This document shows, in pieces, positions 31,911 through 36,224 of a DNA stretch of 36,224 nucleotides. The stretch lies in the IMG/VR virus record IMGVR_UViG_3300024038_000030, positions 1 to 36,224 of that record. The stretch is one strand, 5' to 3'. Every line of letters starts with the position of its first letter. Position 1 is the first letter of the stretch. The notes under the pieces are model-generated. The model saw nothing but the letters and a program-made list of their open reading frames with translations, was not told the DNA's origin and made no database searches. The DNA comes from a virus. Its lineage: Duplodnaviria; Caudoviricetes. The translations under genes and the position numbers were made by a program.

Positions 31911-34900
31911 GTGGCCGACCTGCAGCTCCAGCTCAAGCTCACCGCCGATGGCAGCGGCCTGATCGGCACGCTGCGCACGGCGACGGGCGAGCTGCGCTCG
32001 TTCGTGGCGGTGACGAAGGATGGTGGCAGCGAAGCGGCCCAGGCCGTGCAGAACACATCGACGGCGCTGGGCGACGCGGGCAAGACCGCCGCGTCCACGG
32101 GCGCCGAAGTCGCGGCCGGCATGGGCGTGGCCGCAAGCGCCGTGAAACAGCTGGCGGAGTCCGAAGAAGAAGCGACCGCGCGCATCCGCGCGATGGTGCA
32201 GGAGTCGCTGGCAGCGAAGGAAGCTGCCGGTGGTATCCAGCTGTCGCAGCGCGCGCTTGCGGAACAAGCCGCAGGGATGCGCGAAAAGATGGATGCCTGG
32301 TGGGAGGCATCGCAGCGCAACGCGAACGTGCAGGAAGTGATGCGCGAGCGTCTGGACGCACTCAATGCATCACAGGAGCGCGCGGCTCGCGGCGCGAAGG
32401 CGGGCGGCGACTCGGTGTCGGAGGAGGCTGCGGATCTCGCCAAGCTGATCGGGCAGATCGACCCTGTCGCCGCGAAGCTCGACGAACTCGACAAGATCGA
32501 AGCGAAATTGCGGGCGCATCGTCGGGCAGGTCGGCTGGGGGACGACGACTACTCGGTCTATGCGGCCAAGCTCGAGGAGGTACGCAGGAACGCGCTCGGT
32601 GCCGGTGAAGGCATGGGACATTTTTCGCTGAAGACGGCGGGCGCCCGGCGCGAAATCGGGGTGATGATCGGCGAGATCGCGCGCGGTAACTTTGCGGCAC
32701 TCGAGGGCTCGTTCATCACGCTGGCCAATCGAACCGGAGCGCTCGGCGCGCTGATGAATCCGCTGGCAATCGGCCTCGGCCTGGTCATCGCGGCCGTCAT
32801 CGCGTTCGGCGTGGCCGCGGTGAAGGGGTCGAACGAGGTCGGGCAGCTCAAGGCATCGATCATCGCGACGGGGAACTTCGCCGGCGTTACTGCCGCCTCC
32901 GTGCTCGACATGGGCGCGCGCATCGGCGAGAGCACGGGCCGCATCGGTGTCGCGCGCGCGGCCTTGACCAGCCTCGTGGACACTGGGCGAGTCACCGGCG
33001 AGCAACTGGAAGTGGCAGGACGCGCCGCAGTCGACTTCGCGACCGTGACCGGCAAGTCGGCGAACGAAGCCGCCAAGGAGCTGGCCAAGATCGCAGAAGA
33101 TCCATTGCGCGCGACGATGGCGCTGAACGAGCAGTACCACTTCCTCGACATCACCACGCAGCAGCACATTCGCACGCTGCAGGAGCAAGGCCGAACAACC
33201 GACGCGGCGACAGCGGCCTATCAGGCATTCGGCAACGCATTCGCTACGCGCGCGCAGCAGGTCACCGAGAATCTGGGCTCGCTGGAGCGCGGCTGGAACG
33301 CCGTGCGCAACGCGGCGGCGGCGGCGTGGGATCGCATGTTGAATGTCGGCCGTCCGGAGACGATCGATTCGCTGAAGGCCGATCTCAAGACCGCCGAGGA
33401 AGCGCTCAACACGGCGCGGGAAAATGCAGCGCGCGTCCGGGTGACCGGCGTCGGGTTCCTCGACTCGATCTTCCAGCAGTCCGAGGATTCGCGTGTCAAC
33501 TTTGCCGTCGCGCAATACGAGGCGATCGGCAAGAAGCTCGCTGCCGCGATCGCCAAGCAATCCAACGCGTCGCTCGATGCCGTGCACACAGCGGACCAGG
33601 CCGCCGCCACGGCGGCCGAGGAGCGGCTCGACGGCATTCTCAAGCGGTATGACAAGGTCGAGGCAAAGCAGAGGGCGCTGAAGGAAGCGGCTCAAGCGCT
33701 CTACGAAATACATGCGGGCGGCGGCACGCTGCCCGCGGGCATCAACTTCGATGGCCCCGTGGCGGACGCACCACAGGGGCCAGGCTGGGAGAAGCTGAAG
33801 GCGCAGATCCTCAGCACCGGCAACGCTGCCAAGCAGGTCGCGCACGATACCGTCGAGGCCTCGAACGCGCTCGATGCGCTATCCAACTATGCGGGCTCGC
33901 TCGCCGCGCGCCTGGGTGGCCCGCTCGACCAGGCCTGGACGAAATACAACAACGCGATCGAGCGTGGTAACCAGCTCGCCGAAGCAGCACTCATCAAGGG
34001 AGCGCAGCTGACGGATGTCGAAGCGCAGCTGGCGCAGGTGCGCGAGAACGCGCGCGCGGAGCGGGACCAAACGATCGACAAGATCGTCGGGGAGACCGAC
34101 CTGGTCGGCAAGCTGCGGGAGGAATATGCGGCCGAGGCACAAGGTCTCGGCTTGAGCGGACGCGCCTACGCGCAGAACGCCGCGCTTATCACGGAGTCTA
34201 TTGCAGCGCGCAAGCAATTCGATCAGAAACTTCGCGCAACGTCGACGTTGACGAAAGAAGAGATCGCCGAGATCCGCGAGCTGGCGGGCGCGCAATACGA
34301 CCTGCGACAGGGCACCGACGCGCTCAAGGACATCTATTCGCAGTTTGGCGCCAACGATCCGTTCCTCACGCTTGTCCACAGCATCGGCCAGGCCGAGAAG
34401 GCGCTGAAAGACCTGAAGGGGCCAATGGGCGAAGCCTTGGACCCGGAGCAAGTCAAGAAGTACGAAAACGCCATCGCCAACGCGAACAACCAGCTCGGCG
34501 TCAAGATGGTCGGCTCCTACGCCGCGCTGCTGGGCTCCGTGCGCGCCTTCACGAAAGAAGGCAGCAAGTCGTACCAGCAGATTTCCGCCGGCATGGCAGC
34601 GCTGCAAATCATTCAGGACGCGCTTGCGATGCGCGCAGCCGTCATTGCCGTGCTCACGCAGGGCGAAGGCGAGCCATACAGCGCGTGGGCGCGAATGGCT
34701 GCGATGGCGGCGGCGGTCGCGCCGTTCATCGCCAGCATTGGCGGAACGCTCGCCAGTCTCGGCGGCGGCGGTAGCAGTCCATCTGCGCAGTCGGCAGAGG
34801 TGCGGCAGGCGTCACAGGGCACCGGGACGGTGCTCGGCGACGCCGATGCGAAAAGCGAGACGATCGCCAATTCGACCGAGATCACCGCGAACGCGGTGCA

Positions 34901-36224
34901 GAAGCTCGTCGGCATCAACCGCAGCATGCTCGATGCGCTGAACTCGCTCAATGCCGCGCTCGGCGCGGCTGGAAATCAGATTGCCCGCGGCGCGGCGAAT
35001 GCCGATTTCGGAGCCAGCCCCGGTGTTGGGCTTGCTCCGGGCCTGATCATCAAGATTGCGTACGGCCTCGATGGTGGAAAAGGCGACTGGGCCAACCTGT
35101 TCCACGACGATCCGGAGCTGATCGACCAAGGCGTGAAGCTGCTGGGCGGCACGCTCAGCGACATGCTCGACGGCATCGTCGCGGTCGCGTACCAAGAATT
35201 CAAGACGGGGCACGGCCTGCTCGGCAGTTTGTTCGAGGATGACGACTACGACGAGCTGACCGCCAGTATCAGCGACAAGCTCAACCATCAATTCCAGCTC
35301 ATCCTCGGCGGGCTCGCGGACACTGTTGAGCAGGCCGCCGTCGCGCTGGGACTCCCGCTTGAGGACGTGCAGCGCAAGATCGCTGCATTTCAGATCGCAG
35401 AGCAAACGATCAGCCTCAAGGACCTCTCGGCCGAGGATCAGCAAAAGGAACTGGAAGCCGTATTCAGCAGCATATTCGACGGCCTCGCCGGCGCCGTCGT
35501 TCCGTTCATCGAGAAATATCAACAGGTCGGCGAAGGCCTCGGCGAAACGCTCGTGCGGGTCGCGACGGAAGTGCAAGTCTCGCAGGAGGCATTCAAGCAG
35601 CTCGGCATCGTCGTCGACGAGACGGACCCGGAGAAATTCGCCGACATCGCGGACGGACTCGTGCAGGCCGCGGGCGGGCTGGATGCATTTATCGAAAGCA
35701 TGCAGTCGTTCGTCGAAAAGTTCGCACCCGACGCGCACAAATTCAGCGTGGCCAACGACGCGCTCACGTCTGCGCTCTCACAAGTCGGCCTCACGCTGCC
35801 ACCGACGCGCGACGGCATGTGGGCGCTGATGCAGTCGCTCGACGCGACGACCGAATCCGGACGCGAGCAGATCGCGACGCTCTTGCGACTGACCGACGTC
35901 GCCGACCAGTACTACAGCGCGCAGGACCAGCAGGCAAAAAAGCTCGCGGACGCGAGCGCGTATCTGGAAAGCCTGGACCTCACGCACGGCCTTTCGGAAT
36001 ACGGCAAGCAGCTGCAGTCGATCCACGACTCGGAAACCAAGGCGATCGACGCGGCCAACCTGCTCGCGCAGGCACAGGGCCGCGAGGGCGCGAGCGCAAT
36101 CCAGAACCTCGCGATCAAGCGCTGGGTCATCGCGCAGGAAGCGGCCGCGTTGCGGCAGCTGCAGGCGACCGTGCGCGACCTGGTCGCCAAGCTCTACGGC
36201 GGCGTGCCCGGTTCGCTCGATGCG
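31911..36224 (+). CDS. Tail tape measure protein (3' end outside window)
   Basis: GTG start MADLQLQLKLTADG; long Ala-rich helical frame still open at window end; lambda-TMP-like 'DPLRATMALNEQYHFL...LGSLERGW'. Confidence 0.9.
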   Translation, partial: MADLQLQLKLTADGSGLIGTLRTATGELRSFVAVTKDGGSEAAQAVQNTSTALGDAGKTAASTGAEVAAGMGVAASAVKQLAESEEEATARIRAMVQESLAAKEAAGGIQLSQRALAEQAAGMREKMDAWWEASQRNANVQEVMRERLDALNASQERAARGAKAGGDSVSEEAADLAKLIGQIDPVAAKLDELDKIEAKLRAHRRAGRLGDDDYSVYAAKLEEVRRNALGAGEGMGHFSLKTAGARREIGVMIGEIARGNFAALEGSFITLANRTGALGALMNPLAIGLGLVIAAVIAFGVAAVKGSNEVGQLKASIIATGNFAGVTAASVLDMGARIGESTGRIGVARAALTSLVDTGRVTGEQLEVAGRAAVDFATVTGKSANEAAKELAKIAEDPLRATMALNEQYHFLDITTQQHIRTLQEQGRTTDAATAAYQAFGNAFATRAQQVTENLGSLERGWNAVRNAAAAAWDRMLNVGRPETIDSLKADLKTAEEALNTARENAARVRVTGVGFLDSIFQQSEDSRVNFAVAQYEAIGKKLAAAIAKQSNASLDAVHTADQAAATAAEERLDGILKRYDKVEAKQRALKEAAQALYEIHAGGGTLPAGINFDGPVADAPQGPGWEKLKAQILSTGNAAKQVAHDTVEASNALDALSNYAGSLAARLGGPLDQAWTKYNNAIERGNQLAEAALIKGAQLTDVEAQLAQVRENARAERDQTIDKIVGETDLVGKLREEYAAEAQGLGLSGRAYAQNAALITESIAARKQFDQKLRATSTLTKEEIAEIRELAGAQYDLRQGTDALKDIYSQFGANDPFLTLVHSIGQAEKALKDLKGPMGEALDPEQVKKYENAIANANNQLGVKMVGSYAALLGSVRAFTKEGSKSYQQISAGMAALQIIQDALAMRAAVIAVLTQGEGEPYSAWARMAAMAAAVAPFIASIGGTLASLGGGGSSPSAQSAEVRQASQGTGTVLGDADAKSETIANSTEITANAVQKLVGINRSMLDALNSLNAALGAAGNQIARGAANADFGASPGVGLAPGLIIKIAYGLDGGKGDWANLFHDDPELIDQGVKLLGGTLSDMLDGIVAVAYQEFKTGHGLLGSLFEDDDYDELTASISDKLNHQFQLILGGLADTVEQAAVALGLPLEDVQRKIAAFQIAEQTISLKDLSAEDQQKELEAVFSSIFDGLAGAVVPFIEKYQQVGEGLGETLVRVATEVQVSQEAFKQLGIVVDETDPEKFADIADGLVQAAGGLDAFIESMQSFVEKFAPDAHKFSVANDALTSALSQVGLTLPPTRDGMWALMQSLDATTESGREQIATLLRLTDVADQYYSAQDQQAKKLADASAYLESLDLTHGLSEYGKQLQSIHDSETKAIDAANLLAQAQGREGASAIQNLAIKRWVIAQEAAALRQLQATVRDLVAKLYGGVPGSLDA

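Larger units (their letters stand above)
644..36224. mobile_element. Mu-like (B3/BcepMu-type organisation) transposable prophage with siphovirus-type tail; left end approximate, right end outside window
   Basis: DDE transposase + ATPase, Gam, GemA, Mor, Ner-like genes, gp25/26/27/TerL-like block, MuF, gpT-like capsid; early operon leftward, late operon rightward. Left end lies between ~615 and 820; TG at 644 is only a candidate. Confidence 0.93.

Noticed and set aside
31080-36190. Many minus-strand and short plus-strand ORFs in the track
   Set aside because: Region is explained by the chaperone genes and one unterminated + strand tape measure gene from 31911
1-36224. tRNA/rRNA genes, invertase-tail fibre cassette, mom
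   Set aside because: None recognisable; the right arm of the prophage is outside the window

Overview
High-GC proteobacterial DNA (Xanthomonadales-like is my inference). Bases 1-558 hold a host ECF-type sigma factor. The rest, from about 650-820 to beyond 36224, is a Mu-like transposable prophage with the B3/BcepMu-type layout. A long leftward early operon carries two Ner-like regulators, two DUF3102-like genes, a DDE transposase, an ExeA-type transposition ATPase, Gam, DUF5131, GemA and Mor. It diverges at an AT-rich switch (15437-15562) from a rightward repressor-slot gene and a moron block. Next come lysis (holin, SAR-type SLT endolysin, spanins), packaging (gp25/26/27-like, TerL, portal), a MuF-type minor head protein, a fused protease-scaffold-capsid, a siphovirus-type tail with a -1 frameshifted chaperone, and a tape measure gene that runs off the window. 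Most notable: (i) the MuF protein carries a C-terminal JAB/JAMM-motif domain behind a 73-bp internal duplication and is followed by a coupled 66-aa ORF, a candidate virion-delivered effector/immunity or anti-defence pair; (ii) the switch consists of three Ner-like paralogs, one ending in a copy of the first helix of the repressor-slot protein; (iii) a 33-bp direct-repeat-bounded mini-cassette lies behind mor; (iv) the head polyprotein has 16 hydrophobic-x-E-A candidate cleavage sites. All family calls come from motif recognition by eye; no database search was run.
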